Shown: positions 1 through 10,591 of the stretch, piece by piece | Numbering within the stretch: the stretch's first letter is position 1 | How the letters are laid out: each line of letters begins with the position of its first letter | DNA from: an uncultured Candidatus Saccharibacteria bacterium | Lineage (GTDB): Bacteria; Patescibacteriota; Minisyncoccia; UBA6257; 1-14-0-10-44-23 | Reading direction: 5' to 3' | Length of the DNA: 58,689 bases | Assembly (NCBI GenBank): GCA_964394435.1 | Contig: CAYMXN010000001.1 | Location: 109,739 to 168,427, forward strand | Translations under genes and position numbers: made by a program | The notes under the pieces: generated by a model | The model's input: only the letters and a program-made list of their open reading frames with translations | What the model was told of the DNA's origin: nothing | Database searches by the model: none

Positions 1-1
1 C

Positions 2-688
2 ATCTCGTTGGTTGTTGGGTTGGTTGGTTTGGGGTATATGAACGCGAGTCGGGCGACTGGTAATTTAATTACGGTTACTGGTTCGGCTAAGCGAAGCGTG
101 GATGCTGATTTAGCTAAATGGAGTGCGAACTTTAGCCGTCGTTCAGGACTTTTTAATTTGAAAGAAACGATCGCGTTAGCTGCGGCGGATGCGGAAAAAG
201 TTCGTCAGTACGCCGTAGCGAATGGTCTTAAGGCGGATGATGTGAAATTTACGCCGGTGCAAACTGATTCAGTTTATGAGTACACGCAGTATGGTTCGAA
301 CAATACGGTAATTGGATACACGGTTCGTCAGCAGGCGAGTATTGAGAGTACGGACCTAGTGGCGATTGAGAAGCTTGGTAAAAGTATTAGTAAGTTGATT
401 GAGCAGGGGGTAGTTGCGGAGTACCAGCGGACGGAGTATTTCTACACTAAGTTAGCTGATTTACGACCAGAGCTTTTTGCAGAGGCGACGAAAGATGCGC
501 AGAAACGTGCTGAGGCGATCGCTTCCGGCACGGGGGCGAAAGTGGGAACGCTACGAAGCGCGCGTACGGGCGTGATCCAGATTTTGCAGCCGAACTCGCT
601 TGAGGTTGCTGATTACGGCGCGTATGACACTTCGACGAAAGAAAAAGAGGTGACGGCGACCGTCAACGTATCATTTGAACTTAAATAA
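2..688 (+). CDS. SIMPL-domain (DUF541-like) envelope protein, probably 5'-truncated by the window edge
   Basis: The frame is open from base 2. It has an N-terminal hydrophobic anchor (VVGLVGLGY), and the body resembles SIMPL/26-kDa periplasmic immunogenic proteins (GYTVRQQASIES, C-terminal VTATVNVSFELK). A hairpin plus T-run follows. Confidence 0.55.
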   Translation: MSLVVGLVGLGYMNASRATGNLITVTGSAKRSVDADLAKWSANFSRRSGLFNLKETIALAAADAEKVRQYAVANGLKADDVKFTPVQTDSVYEYTQYGSNNTVIGYTVRQQASIESTDLVAIEKLGKSISKLIEQGVVAEYQRTEYFYTKLADLRPELFAEATKDAQKRAEAIASGTGAKVGTLRSARTGVIQILQPNSLEVADYGAYDTSTKEKEVTATVNVSFELK

Positions 689-694
689 GACTTC

Positions 695-722
695 AAAAGC
701 CCGCCGAAGTGCGGGTTTTTGA
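695..722. terminator. Rho-independent terminator, usable in both directions
   Basis: aaaagcccgc-cgaagt-gcgggttttt: a GC stem flanked by an A-run and a T-run. Confidence 0.7.
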
Positions 723-738
723 TTGGGAAAGTGGGGTA

Positions 739-767
739 TTGACATTACTAATAAACTATGGTATATT
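739..767 (+). promoter_or_regulatory. Sigma70-type promoter (TTGACA-17-TATATT)
   Basis: ttgaca at 739-744, a hand-counted 17-nt spacer, and tatatt at 762-767. Confidence 0.6.
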
Positions 768-774
768 GAATTTA

Positions 775-1146
775 TGAGGCTGACATTCGGCCTCTCGCAG
801 GAGTCCTCGTTAGGGAGGGTCGGTGGCATGAAGTAACCCAGTACCCAGGAGGCATCGGACGCCTTCTCCTGAGGTAGCTCGAAGCTTTGGCGTGCCCCGA
901 AGGTACGAAAAATCCTTCGGCTGAAGTACTTACCCGTGAAATCCGGGATTTGACGGGACGGAGCCCACCAAGGAATTTTTCGAGTAAGGGAACTTTGGGA
1001 AAACATTCGTTGTGACGCAATCGTGGCCAAGGTTGCGGATGTGGCGAATATGGATTTTCCTGCTGATTCTCAGAAAGAAACGTGTCCTGGGCAAATTGTC
1101 CCAATCGAGCGCTTGGAAGAGATTCCGGCGCTCCTTTTTATTTTTA
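775..1146 (+). ncRNA. Candidate structured RNA or long cis-regulatory leader (~370 nt), class unknown
   Basis: It lies between a consensus promoter (739-767) and an intrinsic terminator (1107-1146). It is GC-richer than its flanks and contains several clean hairpins (gaggc..gcctc, caggag..ctcctg, ccgaagg..ccttcgg, cccg-tgaaatc-cggg). Only spurious-looking ORFs overlap it. It ends 14 nt before the histidine-phosphatase gene. Confidence 0.35.
1107..1146 (+). terminator. Intrinsic terminator or attenuator at the end of the 775-1146 RNA
   Basis: A gagcgc...gcgctc stem is followed by ctttttattttt. Confidence 0.6.
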
Positions 1147-1159
1147 GGAAGATTCGGTT

Positions 1160-1807
1160 ATGATTCATTTTATGCCACGAACTATTTATTTTGTACGCCA
1201 TGGTGAGAGCGAGCATAATCGCGGGCAGATTGTTCAGGATGGTGAAAACAGTCTTTCTGACCTTGGGGTTGTTCAAGCTCAAAAGTTAGCTCAACGGTTT
1301 GAGCGTATTAAGATTGACCAGATTTTTTGTAGTACGTATCAGCGGGCGCTCGAGACTGCGCAAATTATTAATAAGCAAGTCGGCGTTCCACTACAGGTAT
1401 TTGAACAGCTGCGTGAGACGCAGATCTTTCCTTCGCGATTTATCGGACAGTCTCGTCAGCATCCGGATGTTGAGGCGGCAACAGCGTATTTAATGCAGAA
1501 TCGGCATACGCCGGGTTGGCGATACGAGGATGCGGAAAATTTTAGTGATCGTATTGCTCGTGCTTCGTCGGCGCTTGAGCTCATTGCTTCTTCGGATTTT
1601 GAAGCGTTGCTGGTTGTGAGTCATGGCGGGCTTATCAAAACGATGATGGCGTGTATTCTTTTTGGAAAACAACTTGATTCGCATGGGTACTATCATTTTA
1701 TGACCCAAGTTAAGATGCATAATGCCGGCATCACGGTGTGTGAGTACTCGCGCGATTTAGGTTGGCAGCTGATTATCTGGAATGATCAGGCGCACCTAGG
1801 TGAGTAA
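1160..1807 (+). CDS. Histidine phosphatase family protein (phosphoglycerate mutase/CobC-like)
   Basis: RHGESEHN catalytic motif near the N-terminus and a later SHGG motif. An alternative start is the ATG at 1172. Confidence 0.8.
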   Translation: MIHFMPRTIYFVRHGESEHNRGQIVQDGENSLSDLGVVQAQKLAQRFERIKIDQIFCSTYQRALETAQIINKQVGVPLQVFEQLRETQIFPSRFIGQSRQHPDVEAATAYLMQNRHTPGWRYEDAENFSDRIARASSALELIASSDFEALLVVSHGGLIKTMMACILFGKQLDSHGYYHFMTQVKMHNAGITVCEYSRDLGWQLIIWNDQAHLGE

Positions 1808-1838
1808 GTTTTTGATTTAGAGTATTATATACATACAT

Positions 1839-2978
1839 ATGGACAAGGTATATCAAGACTCGCTCGATTTGCATAAAAAGTATCGAGGTAAGCTCGCGGT
1901 TGCGAGTAAGGTTCCTTTAGTTGATCGCAAAGATTTATCACTCGCGTATACACCAGGCGTTGGTCAGGTTTCGATTGAGATAGGCAAGGATAAAGAGTTG
2001 GCAAAAGTCTATACGCTTAAAGCTAATACCGTAGCGGTTGTTTCTGATGGTTCGGCGATTTTAGGGTTGGGCAATCTTGGTGCCGAAGCGGCGATTCCGG
2101 TTATGGAGGGCAAGGCGGTTTTATTTAAAGAGTTCGCCGATGTAGATGCGTTTCCGATTTGTTTAGCAACACAAGATACTGAACAAATCATAAACATCGT
2201 AAAACAAATCGCTCCGGTGTTCGGGGGAGTTAACTTAGAGGATATTGCAGCGCCGCGTTGTTTTGAGATCGAAGAACGCTTGCGAAATGAGCTTTCTATA
2301 CCGGTAATGCATGATGATCAACACGGAACAGCTGTCGTGGTGCTTGCGGCGATGATAAACGCTGTGAAACTTCGTGGGCTTGAAGTCGCAAAAACTAAGA
2401 TTGTGTTTAGCGGTGCTGGTGCAGCGGGGACGGCGGTGATGAAGTTGCTCCTTCGGTATGGTTTTAAGGATATTGTCGTGTGTGATACGCAAGGTGCGAT
2501 TTATAAGGGTCGTGCTGGATTGACCCAAGAAAAGATGGATATCGCTCAATGTACAAATCCGCGCGATGTTTCGGGAAGTTTAGCGGATGTTATTGTTGGA
2601 GCGGATGTGTTTGTCGGGGTGAGCAAGGCGGGTCTTCTTACGGCTGATATGGTGAAGACGATGGCAGAACGGCCGATTATTTTTGCACTCGCAAATCCTG
2701 TGCCGGAAATTATGCCTGATGTTGCTAAGGCAGCTGGGGCGTTTATTGTTGCAACCGGTAGATCTGATTTCCCAAATCAGATTAACAACGTGCTCGCGTT
2801 TCCGGGTATTTTTCGTGGTGCGCTTGATAACGGGATTAAGCAGTTTACTGATGATATGTTTTTAGCGGCAGCAAAGGCGCTGGCGGCGTATGTAAAAAAT
2901 CCAACGGTGGATATGATTTTGCCAAGCCCTTTTGATAAGGAGGTGGTTAAGGTTGTTGCCCAGGTAATTCGTTTATAA
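1839..2978 (+). CDS. NAD(P)-dependent malic enzyme (short form)
   Basis: Motifs YTPGVG, VVSDGSAILGLGNLG, EGKAVLFKEFADVDAFPI, NLEDIAAPRCFEIE and HDDQHGTA, plus a Rossmann GAGAAG. Confidence 0.9.
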   Translation: MDKVYQDSLDLHKKYRGKLAVASKVPLVDRKDLSLAYTPGVGQVSIEIGKDKELAKVYTLKANTVAVVSDGSAILGLGNLGAEAAIPVMEGKAVLFKEFADVDAFPICLATQDTEQIINIVKQIAPVFGGVNLEDIAAPRCFEIEERLRNELSIPVMHDDQHGTAVVVLAAMINAVKLRGLEVAKTKIVFSGAGAAGTAVMKLLLRYGFKDIVVCDTQGAIYKGRAGLTQEKMDIAQCTNPRDVSGSLADVIVGADVFVGVSKAGLLTADMVKTMAERPIIFALANPVPEIMPDVAKAAGAFIVATGRSDFPNQINNVLAFPGIFRGALDNGIKQFTDDMFLAAAKALAAYVKNPTVDMILPSPFDKEVVKVVAQVIRL

Positions 2979-2984
2979 TTCTGT

Positions 2985-4073
2985 ATGCAAAAAACTGACT
3001 GGGAGTTGTATACAAGCTCGGAAGAGGCGTGGGAGGCTATGCTTTCGGCGGTACGTGGCGCCCAGCGTTCGATTGATATTGAGCAGTATATTTTTACTAC
3101 TGATGTAATCGGACAACGATTTATTCGGGAGCTCATTTTGGCGCGTGCGCGCGGCGTGCAGGTGCGTATTTTGTGCGACAGTGTCGGGAGTGAAGGAGTA
3201 GTATTTGATGCATTTGATGAGCAGCCACTACTTGATGCTGGTATTCAGGTGCGGTTTTTCAATCCGATTCGGTATTGGAAGTTTTGGAAGCTGTTGTATT
3301 TTTGGTCTTGGTATCTGCGTGATCACAGTAAGATTTTGATTATCGATGGGCGGATTGGGTATACGGGAGGTGTTGGTATTCGTGCAGATATGCGTGCGTG
3401 GCGTGATAGTCACGTGCGCGTTGAAGGCCCAGTCGTAGAGGCGATGAACGACGCTTTTGCTCGTATGTGGAGTCAGGTCGGTATGGGGAAGCGTCTGATT
3501 GGTAATAAGGTTCGTTTTGTTTCTGATTCAACGTTTCAGTTTTTTATGAACTATCCTCGGCCGAGGCAGCGTTATATTTACTATGAGTTTTTAAAAGTGA
3601 TTAAGAGCGCAAGAAAATATATTTATTTGAGCACGCCATATTTTATTCCCAGTATGCGATTTTTGCGGGCGTTAAAGCGGGCGGCTAAACGGGGGGTTGA
3701 TGTGCGGCTTGTTGTGCCGGCGCAGAGTGATGTATTTGCTGTTGATTTAGCTACTCAATCCTATTTTACTCAAGCGCTTAGGTCGGGTGTCCAGATTTTC
3801 CAGTATGTACCAACGATGATTCATAATAAGATTGCGGTTATTGATGACACTTGGGCTTCGGTGGGTAGTTCAAATCTCGATAACCTAAGTTTTTTGCTTA
3901 ATTACGAGGGAAATCTTTTTAGTACGGACGTTGATTTTATTAGCGCGGTTTATGAACAGTTTGGCACCCTTTTTGCTCAATCGAGGAAGCTTGCACTCGC
4001 TGTTTGGCGACTAAGACCTTGGTATCGAAAATTGCTCGAGGTTTTGACCTGGCCATTTCATCCTATTTTGTAA
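2985..4073 (+). CDS. cls: Phospholipase D family / cardiolipin synthase-like protein
   Basis: Two HKD motifs (HSKILIIDG and HNKIAVIDD..SVGSSNLD). No N-terminal TM segment is evident. Confidence 0.75.
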   Translation: MQKTDWELYTSSEEAWEAMLSAVRGAQRSIDIEQYIFTTDVIGQRFIRELILARARGVQVRILCDSVGSEGVVFDAFDEQPLLDAGIQVRFFNPIRYWKFWKLLYFWSWYLRDHSKILIIDGRIGYTGGVGIRADMRAWRDSHVRVEGPVVEAMNDAFARMWSQVGMGKRLIGNKVRFVSDSTFQFFMNYPRPRQRYIYYEFLKVIKSARKYIYLSTPYFIPSMRFLRALKRAAKRGVDVRLVVPAQSDVFAVDLATQSYFTQALRSGVQIFQYVPTMIHNKIAVIDDTWASVGSSNLDNLSFLLNYEGNLFSTDVDFISAVYEQFGTLFAQSRKLALAVWRLRPWYRKLLEVLTWPFHPIL

Positions 4074-4098
4074 GCGTGGGCTTGTTCACAGCTGGTTA

Positions 4099-4127
4099 TT
4101 GAGATTTTAGTTGATTTTTGCTATTAT
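4099..4127 (+). promoter_or_regulatory. Putative atp operon promoter (TTGAGA-17-TATTAT)
   Basis: Hand-counted 17-nt spacer; lies upstream of atpB. Confidence 0.45.
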
Positions 4128-4170
4128 ATGGGCGTTGCCGGGCCTCTGCGTCCGACAATTTCATTTTTTT

Positions 4171-4917
4171 ATGATTGAAATCGTATTACACGGAGAGCAG
4201 GTTGGGACATTTCTTGGCTTTCCTATCACGAATACTATGTTGATGTCTTGGCTGGTGACGCTCTTTTTGATCGCGTCAGGCCTTGTTCTACGCAAAAAGA
4301 TTGCGATGATCCCTGGTAGGCTTATTGGTGCGGTAGAGGTAGTGGTGGGCGGAGTACGCTCGTTTATGGAGGAAACGCTGCATTCACGCGAAAAAGCAAA
4401 TACATATCTCGCATTTGTACTTACCGCGTTCATTTTTATTACGTTTAATAACTGGTTTGGTATTTTGCCGATTCTCGGTACGCTTGGCATCCATGAACAG
4501 ACCGAGCATGGAACGATTTTAGTTCCTTTGTTCCGTTCGGCGATGAGTGATCTCAACTTTACCCTGGTTATGGCTATCGTGGGAGTTTTTATGACACAGA
4601 TTTTTGGTATTACGGCGATTGGTTTTTTCAAGTACGCCGGTAAATTCTTCGTCAATCCATTTAAAGATCCAATTGGTTCATTTATCGGTTTTCTTGAACT
4701 TTTTTCTGAAATTGCAAAAATGATCTCGTTCTCGTTCCGTTTGTTCGGAAATATTTTTGCTGGCGAGGTGCTTTTGACGATTGTGAGCTTTTTGGCCCCG
4801 TATGGTGCGCCACTTCCATTTTTGTTCCTGGAGATCTTCGTTGGCCTTGTGCAGGCCCTGGTATTTGCTATGCTGACCCTGGTGTTCATCCAGATTGCAA
4901 CGGTCGATCATCATTAA
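4171..4917 (+). CDS. atpB: F0F1 ATP synthase subunit a
   Basis: Multi-TM protein with the a-subunit signature FRLFGNIFAGE. It is the first gene of the atpBEFHAGDC order. ATG 4171 is preferred over the upstream TTG at 4111. Confidence 0.9.
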   Translation: MIEIVLHGEQVGTFLGFPITNTMLMSWLVTLFLIASGLVLRKKIAMIPGRLIGAVEVVVGGVRSFMEETLHSREKANTYLAFVLTAFIFITFNNWFGILPILGTLGIHEQTEHGTILVPLFRSAMSDLNFTLVMAIVGVFMTQIFGITAIGFFKYAGKFFVNPFKDPIGSFIGFLELFSEIAKMISFSFRLFGNIFAGEVLLTIVSFLAPYGAPLPFLFLEIFVGLVQALVFAMLTLVFIQIATVDHH

Positions 4918-5001
4918 TATTAATTATCTCAATACATACATAAGCAGGAGGTAGACATTGGAAATGCTAGATTTCCTAGCTCATCTCGTCTTACTCCTTA
5001 G

Positions 5002-5253
<252 letters not shown>

Positions 5254-5259
5254 TTCGCT

Positions 5260-5359
5260 GCGCGAGTTCTGTGTGATTGCGTCGTTGCTTTGGTCTCGTC
5301 ATACGCTTCGCTTAGAGTATGACTTCGACCTTGCGCCTAGCACTCACGCAGAACTCGTT
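5260..5359. repeat. Imperfect palindromic repeat element E1 (family shared with 20116, 27040s, 43116, 43253, 51938, 57266)
   Basis: The outer arms cgagttctg (5262-5270) and cagaactcg (5349-5357) are exact reverse complements. An inner stem gtcatac/gtatgac encloses the loop gcttcgcttaga. Shared family blocks are cgcttcgct and cttgcgcctagcac. Confidence 0.7.
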
Positions 5360-5397
5360 GCATCGGCTTAGTCCGGAGAAGGTTTTTCGCTGATTGA

Positions 5398-5428
5398 TTC
5401 TTGAAGAAGTTATAAACGTCTTCAAGAA
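5398..5428 (+). promoter_or_regulatory. Perfect 10-bp inverted repeat hairpin in the atpE-atpF spacer
   Basis: ttcttgaaga (5398-5407) and tcttcaagaa (5419-5428). It may be an mRNA stabiliser or partial terminator after the c-subunit gene. Confidence 0.5.
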
Positions 5429-5448
5429 GATATTTACGAAATAATACT

Positions 5449-5952
5449 ATGGAAAAATTTATTCATGAGTTTGGCATTAACTGGAAGTTGCTTGTTGCGC
5501 AGATTATTAACTTTGCGGTTGTTGTTTTTGTCTTAGCAAAGTTTGTATACAAGCCAATGGTGAAAATGCTCGATCAGCGTACAAAAAAGATCGAGGACGG
5601 TATTTCGTTTGCCGATAAGGCTAAAAAGGAGCTTGATCGTGTTGAGGTGCTTAAGCATGAAGAGCTGAAAAAAGCTGAAGCTCAAGGTCAGCAGATTGTT
5701 AATGCTGCAGAAAAAGACGCGAAGAAGGTTGCTGACGACATTACTAAAGGTGCCGAGCGCGAGAAGGAGCGTATTGTTGCGACTGGAATTACGATTTTAA
5801 AGGAACAGAAGGCGCAGATGGAGAGTAGTTTTTACCAGCAGGCGGCTGGTGTGGTCAAAGAGGCGTTAGGTAAGGTTTTGGCAAAGGGTGATTTTGATAA
5901 AGCCGAGGCGACGCTTATTAACGAGGCACTTAATGAGGTTAAGGTTAAGTAA
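5449..5952 (+). CDS. atpF: F0F1 ATP synthase subunit b
   Basis: A single N-terminal TM helix followed by a long charged helix. It lies between the c and delta genes. Confidence 0.8.
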   Translation: MEKFIHEFGINWKLLVAQIINFAVVVFVLAKFVYKPMVKMLDQRTKKIEDGISFADKAKKELDRVEVLKHEELKKAEAQGQQIVNAAEKDAKKVADDITKGAEREKERIVATGITILKEQKAQMESSFYQQAAGVVKEALGKVLAKGDFDKAEATLINEALNEVKVK

Positions 5953-5965
5953 GATTACGAAGCGT

Positions 5966-6367
5966 ATGAGATACACTCCTAAAAAATATGCGCAAGCACT
6001 TTTTGAAGCCACGAATGGCGTTTCGAAAAGTGAGCAGGAAAAGCTTTTTGGAGCGTTTGCTCAACTTTTAAAACGAAACAATGATAGTTCGCTCCTCCCC
6101 CGAATCCTAGTCGCGTATGAGCAGCGAGCGAGAGCGGTCCGCGGAGAGCACAAGGTTGTGATTACTACTGCGAAGAAGGCTAAGAAGGAGTTGCTTGAAA
6201 AGGTGCAGAAACGATTTAATGGAAAGGCTGATATCGTCGAAGAGGTTGATGAGCAAGTACTGGGAGGCATGAAGGTGTTGATAGATGATCAGTACGTAAT
6301 CGATGCAACGTTTCAAGGTAGAGTCGAGCAGTTATATAGCCATTTAATGGAAGGAGCGAAGAAGTAA
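5966..6367 (+). CDS. atpH: F0F1 ATP synthase subunit delta (short, ~133 aa)
   Basis: Operon position and an OSCP-like N-terminus (MRYTPKKYAQALFEA). ATG 5966 is preferred over the overlapping upstream start at 5888. Confidence 0.7.
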   Translation: MRYTPKKYAQALFEATNGVSKSEQEKLFGAFAQLLKRNNDSSLLPRILVAYEQRARAVRGEHKVVITTAKKAKKELLEKVQKRFNGKADIVEEVDEQVLGGMKVLIDDQYVIDATFQGRVEQLYSHLMEGAKK

Positions 6368-6384
6368 TCAGATAATACAACAAT

Positions 6385-7920
6385 ATGAATGATTTCATTG
6401 TAGAAAAACTTAAAAAAGAAATTGCCGGTAGTTCGATGAAGGTTGGGCAGGAGACTGTTGGTCGCGTTATTGAGGTTGGCGATGGAATTGCTAAAGTCTC
6501 TGGTCTTTCCTCGGTTCGCAGCCAAGAAATGATTACATTTGAGACGAGCAAGGGTCCGGTCTCGGGTATCGCGTTTAACCTTGAAGAGGATGCGATTGGT
6601 ACTATCGTCCTTGGTAATGCTGATGAGATTAAGGAGGGTGATTTAGTTAAGGCGACTGGACAGATTCTTTCTATTCGCGTTAACAAGTCGATGGTTGGTC
6701 GCGTTGTAAACCCACTTGGTGAGCCAGTTGATGGCAAGGGGCCTATTTTTACGGGTAAGGCACCAGCTGATGAGATTATGCCGATTGAGACTACCTCACC
6801 AGGTGTCCTTGATCGTGAAGGTGTTAATACACCAATTCATACTGGCATCAAGGCTATTGATGGCATGATCCCAATCGGACGTGGACAGCGTCAGCTTATT
6901 ATTGGTGATCGTCAGACGGGTAAGACGGCTATTGCGATTGATACGATTATTAACCAGAAACAAGACAAGATTAACCAGCAGCCAATTTGTATCTACGTGG
7001 CCATTGGTCAGCGTGAGAGTAAGGTAGCGCGTATCGTAGAGCAGCTTCGTCAGCAAGGTGCTTTGGAGTATACGATTGTGGTTTCGGCTCCAACTTCTTC
7101 GCCAGCTTCGTTCTGGTATCTTGCTCCGATGGCGGGTGCGGCGATTGGTGAGTATTTTATGCGCCAAGGTAAAGACGCGTTGGTGGTGTTTGACGACCTA
7201 ACTAAACACGCGACGGCGTATCGTCAGATCTCGCTTTTGCTCCGTCGTCCACCAGGACGTGAGGCGTATCCAGGTGATATTTTCTACCTTCACTCCCGCT
7301 TGCTTGAGCGCTCTGCGAAAATGAGCAAAGAAAAGGGTGGTGGTTCGTTGACAGCTCTGCCAATTATCGAGACGCAGCTCAACGACGTTTCTGCATATAT
7401 TCCAACTAACGTTATTTCGATTACCGATGGTCAGATTTATCTCCAGTCCGACTTGTTCAACCAGGGTATCCGTCCGGCTATTAACGTCGGTATCTCGGTT
7501 TCTCGCGTAGGAGGTGCGGCTCAAACTAAGGCGATGAAGAAAGTTGCTGGTACACTTCGTTTGGAGATGGCGCAGTTTAAAGAGCTCCAAGCGTTCGTGC
7601 AGTTTGCTTCTGATCTTGATGAGGGAACGCGTAAGCGTATTAACCGTGGTCTTGTACTTACCGAGGTCTTGAAGCAGGGCGAGCTCGTCCCACTTTCATT
7701 TGAGAAAGAGGTGCTCTCGATTTATCTTGGCGTCAAAGGACACTTAGACGCGGTTGGCGCGGCTAATACGCAACGTTTTATTAAAGAGTATCTGGAGTAC
7801 GTAAGTAAGAGTCATGAAAAGGATGTGCTTGAGGCGCTTCGTACGAAGAAAGCACTTGAAGACGATATCGTAAAGGCTATCGAGAGTTCGATTGAGAAGT
7901 TTAAGATGAATTGGAAGTAA
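6385..7920 (+). CDS. atpA: F0F1 ATP synthase subunit alpha
   Basis: Walker A GDRQTGKT with full-length resemblance to the alpha subunit. Confidence 0.97.
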   Translation: MNDFIVEKLKKEIAGSSMKVGQETVGRVIEVGDGIAKVSGLSSVRSQEMITFETSKGPVSGIAFNLEEDAIGTIVLGNADEIKEGDLVKATGQILSIRVNKSMVGRVVNPLGEPVDGKGPIFTGKAPADEIMPIETTSPGVLDREGVNTPIHTGIKAIDGMIPIGRGQRQLIIGDRQTGKTAIAIDTIINQKQDKINQQPICIYVAIGQRESKVARIVEQLRQQGALEYTIVVSAPTSSPASFWYLAPMAGAAIGEYFMRQGKDALVVFDDLTKHATAYRQISLLLRRPPGREAYPGDIFYLHSRLLERSAKMSKEKGGGSLTALPIIETQLNDVSAYIPTNVISITDGQIYLQSDLFNQGIRPAINVGISVSRVGGAAQTKAMKKVAGTLRLEMAQFKELQAFVQFASDLDEGTRKRINRGLVLTEVLKQGELVPLSFEKEVLSIYLGVKGHLDAVGAANTQRFIKEYLEYVSKSHEKDVLEALRTKKALEDDIVKAIESSIEKFKMNWK

Positions 7921-7935
7921 TAACGTTCTTTTTGC

Positions 7936-8850
7936 ATGGAATCCCTTAACGACATAAAAAAACGCATCCGGTCAGTAAAAAACACTCGCCAGATTACTAA
8001 GGCGATGGAGGTTGTTAGTGCTACCAAGATGCGTAAATCGCAAGAGCGGGCACTTAAAGCTCGTGGCTACGCGTTTTCAGCTTTTGAGCTGTTGGCTAGT
8101 CTTGATAAGTACGACGGCAAGGTTGCTAAGCCAGAACTTTTTATTCGTCCAAAAGGTGCACAAAAGACGCTTTTAGTTGTTATTACTTCGGATAAGGGAT
8201 TGGCGGGTTCGCTTAATAGCAACGTGCTTAAAAAAGGTTTTGCCCAGTATAAAAAAGAGGCGGATACAACTGATTTGGTAGTTGCGGGTAAAAAGGCTCG
8301 AGACTTCTTTAAATTCCGCGGCATTGAATCGAAGCAGACATTTTTAGGTCACAGTGACTTTGGTGATATTTCGCAAATTAAAGAACTTTCTGATTATCTG
8401 TGTACTCAATTTTTGTCGGGAGAGTATGCTCGCGTAGTTGCGGTGTATACCAACTTCCGCAGCACGCTTAAGCAAGAAGCCGTTGTGCGAGAAGTTTTGC
8501 CTCTAGGTGAAGCTTCGCTTATGGAGCTCATACGTGGACTTGCTCCAGAGACAGGAAAGTTTTCAGGAATGAAAGAGCTTCGCGCTCACGCACAGGATTA
8601 CTTGTTTGAACCGAGTCCGAAAGAAGTCTTTGATGCGCTTGCCAGTAGATTGTTTCAGATGTTGGTCTATCACATCATCTTAGAAGCAAATGCTTCAGAG
8701 CACAGCGCTCGAATGGTGGCGATGAAGACGGCGAGTGAGAATGCAGCAGAGATTGTAGATGATCTGACGCTTGAGTATAACAAGGGAAGGCAAGCGAAGA
8801 TTACGCAAGAGCTCGTCGAAATTACTTCAGGGTCGGATGCGGTAAACTAA
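7936..8850 (+). CDS. atpG: F0F1 ATP synthase subunit gamma
   Basis: The N-terminus IKKRIRSVKNTRQITKAMEVVSATKMRK and the C-terminus ITQELVEI are typical of gamma. Confidence 0.95.
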   Translation: MESLNDIKKRIRSVKNTRQITKAMEVVSATKMRKSQERALKARGYAFSAFELLASLDKYDGKVAKPELFIRPKGAQKTLLVVITSDKGLAGSLNSNVLKKGFAQYKKEADTTDLVVAGKKARDFFKFRGIESKQTFLGHSDFGDISQIKELSDYLCTQFLSGEYARVVAVYTNFRSTLKQEAVVREVLPLGEASLMELIRGLAPETGKFSGMKELRAHAQDYLFEPSPKEVFDALASRLFQMLVYHIILEANASEHSARMVAMKTASENAAEIVDDLTLEYNKGRQAKITQELVEITSGSDAVN

Positions 8851-10248
<1,398 letters not shown>

Positions 10249-10254
10249 AGCATC

Positions 10255-10518
10255 ATGAAGCTTTCGATTTATACCATAAAACATACGGTTTATAGTGGCG
10301 AGACGTCGCGCGTTAGTTTGCCGACGGTAAGTGGCGAGGTGACTATTCTTGATCATCACGTCCCTTACGTTACGCTCCTTTCTGCCGGTAAGGTTCGGTA
10401 TAGCAAGGTTGTTCCGGCTGGGGCGGGAACGAAAGAAGAAGAGGAGACGATTGCGATTACCGGAGGATTTTTGGAGGTGCGAGATAACAATGAGGTCCGT
10501 GTGTTAGCAGACGAGTAG
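10255..10518 (+). CDS. atpC: F0F1 ATP synthase subunit epsilon (N-terminal beta-sandwich only, 87 aa)
   Basis: Operon position. It has an epsilon-like N-terminal domain and no C-terminal helical hairpin. Confidence 0.8.
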   Translation: MKLSIYTIKHTVYSGETSRVSLPTVSGEVTILDHHVPYVTLLSAGKVRYSKVVPAGAGTKEEEETIAITGGFLEVRDNNEVRVLADE

Positions 10519-10545
10519 GGACAGTTCCATGTCTGCGTGTTTGCA

Positions 10546-10575
10546 AAATACCGCTTGAGGCGGTATTTTGATTTT
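10546..10575 (+). terminator. atp operon terminator
   Basis: aaataccgc-ttgag-gcggtatttt. Confidence 0.75.
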
Positions 10576-10591
10576 GAAGGAGGACCTGCGT

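Noticed and set aside
671-1104. Minus-strand ORFs of 119 aa (671-1030) and 110 aa (772-1104), and the + ORF at 1012-1206.
   Set aside because: They run through the hairpin-rich promoter-to-terminator region. They have no SD or -10 context and give low-complexity, Arg/Pro/Ser-rich translations typical of chance ORFs in GC-rich structured DNA.
775-1146. Possible tmRNA, RNase P RNA, T-box, M-box or cobalamin riboswitch.
   Set aside because: For tmRNA there is no GGTTCGA-type T-arm, no acceptor pairing with a CCA end and no alanine-tag ORF. For RNase P there are no GGAAAGTCC or ACAGAA P4 strands. There is no T-box sequence. The GTGAAATCC/CCCACC similarity to the B12 core and the GTTAGGGAGG similarity to the M-box start are short, and the remaining conserved blocks are absent or in the wrong order. 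The class is left unknown.
4161-4889. A 242-aa minus-strand ORF antisense to atpB.
   Set aside because: It is antisense to a clearly conserved a-subunit gene and no independent signals are present.
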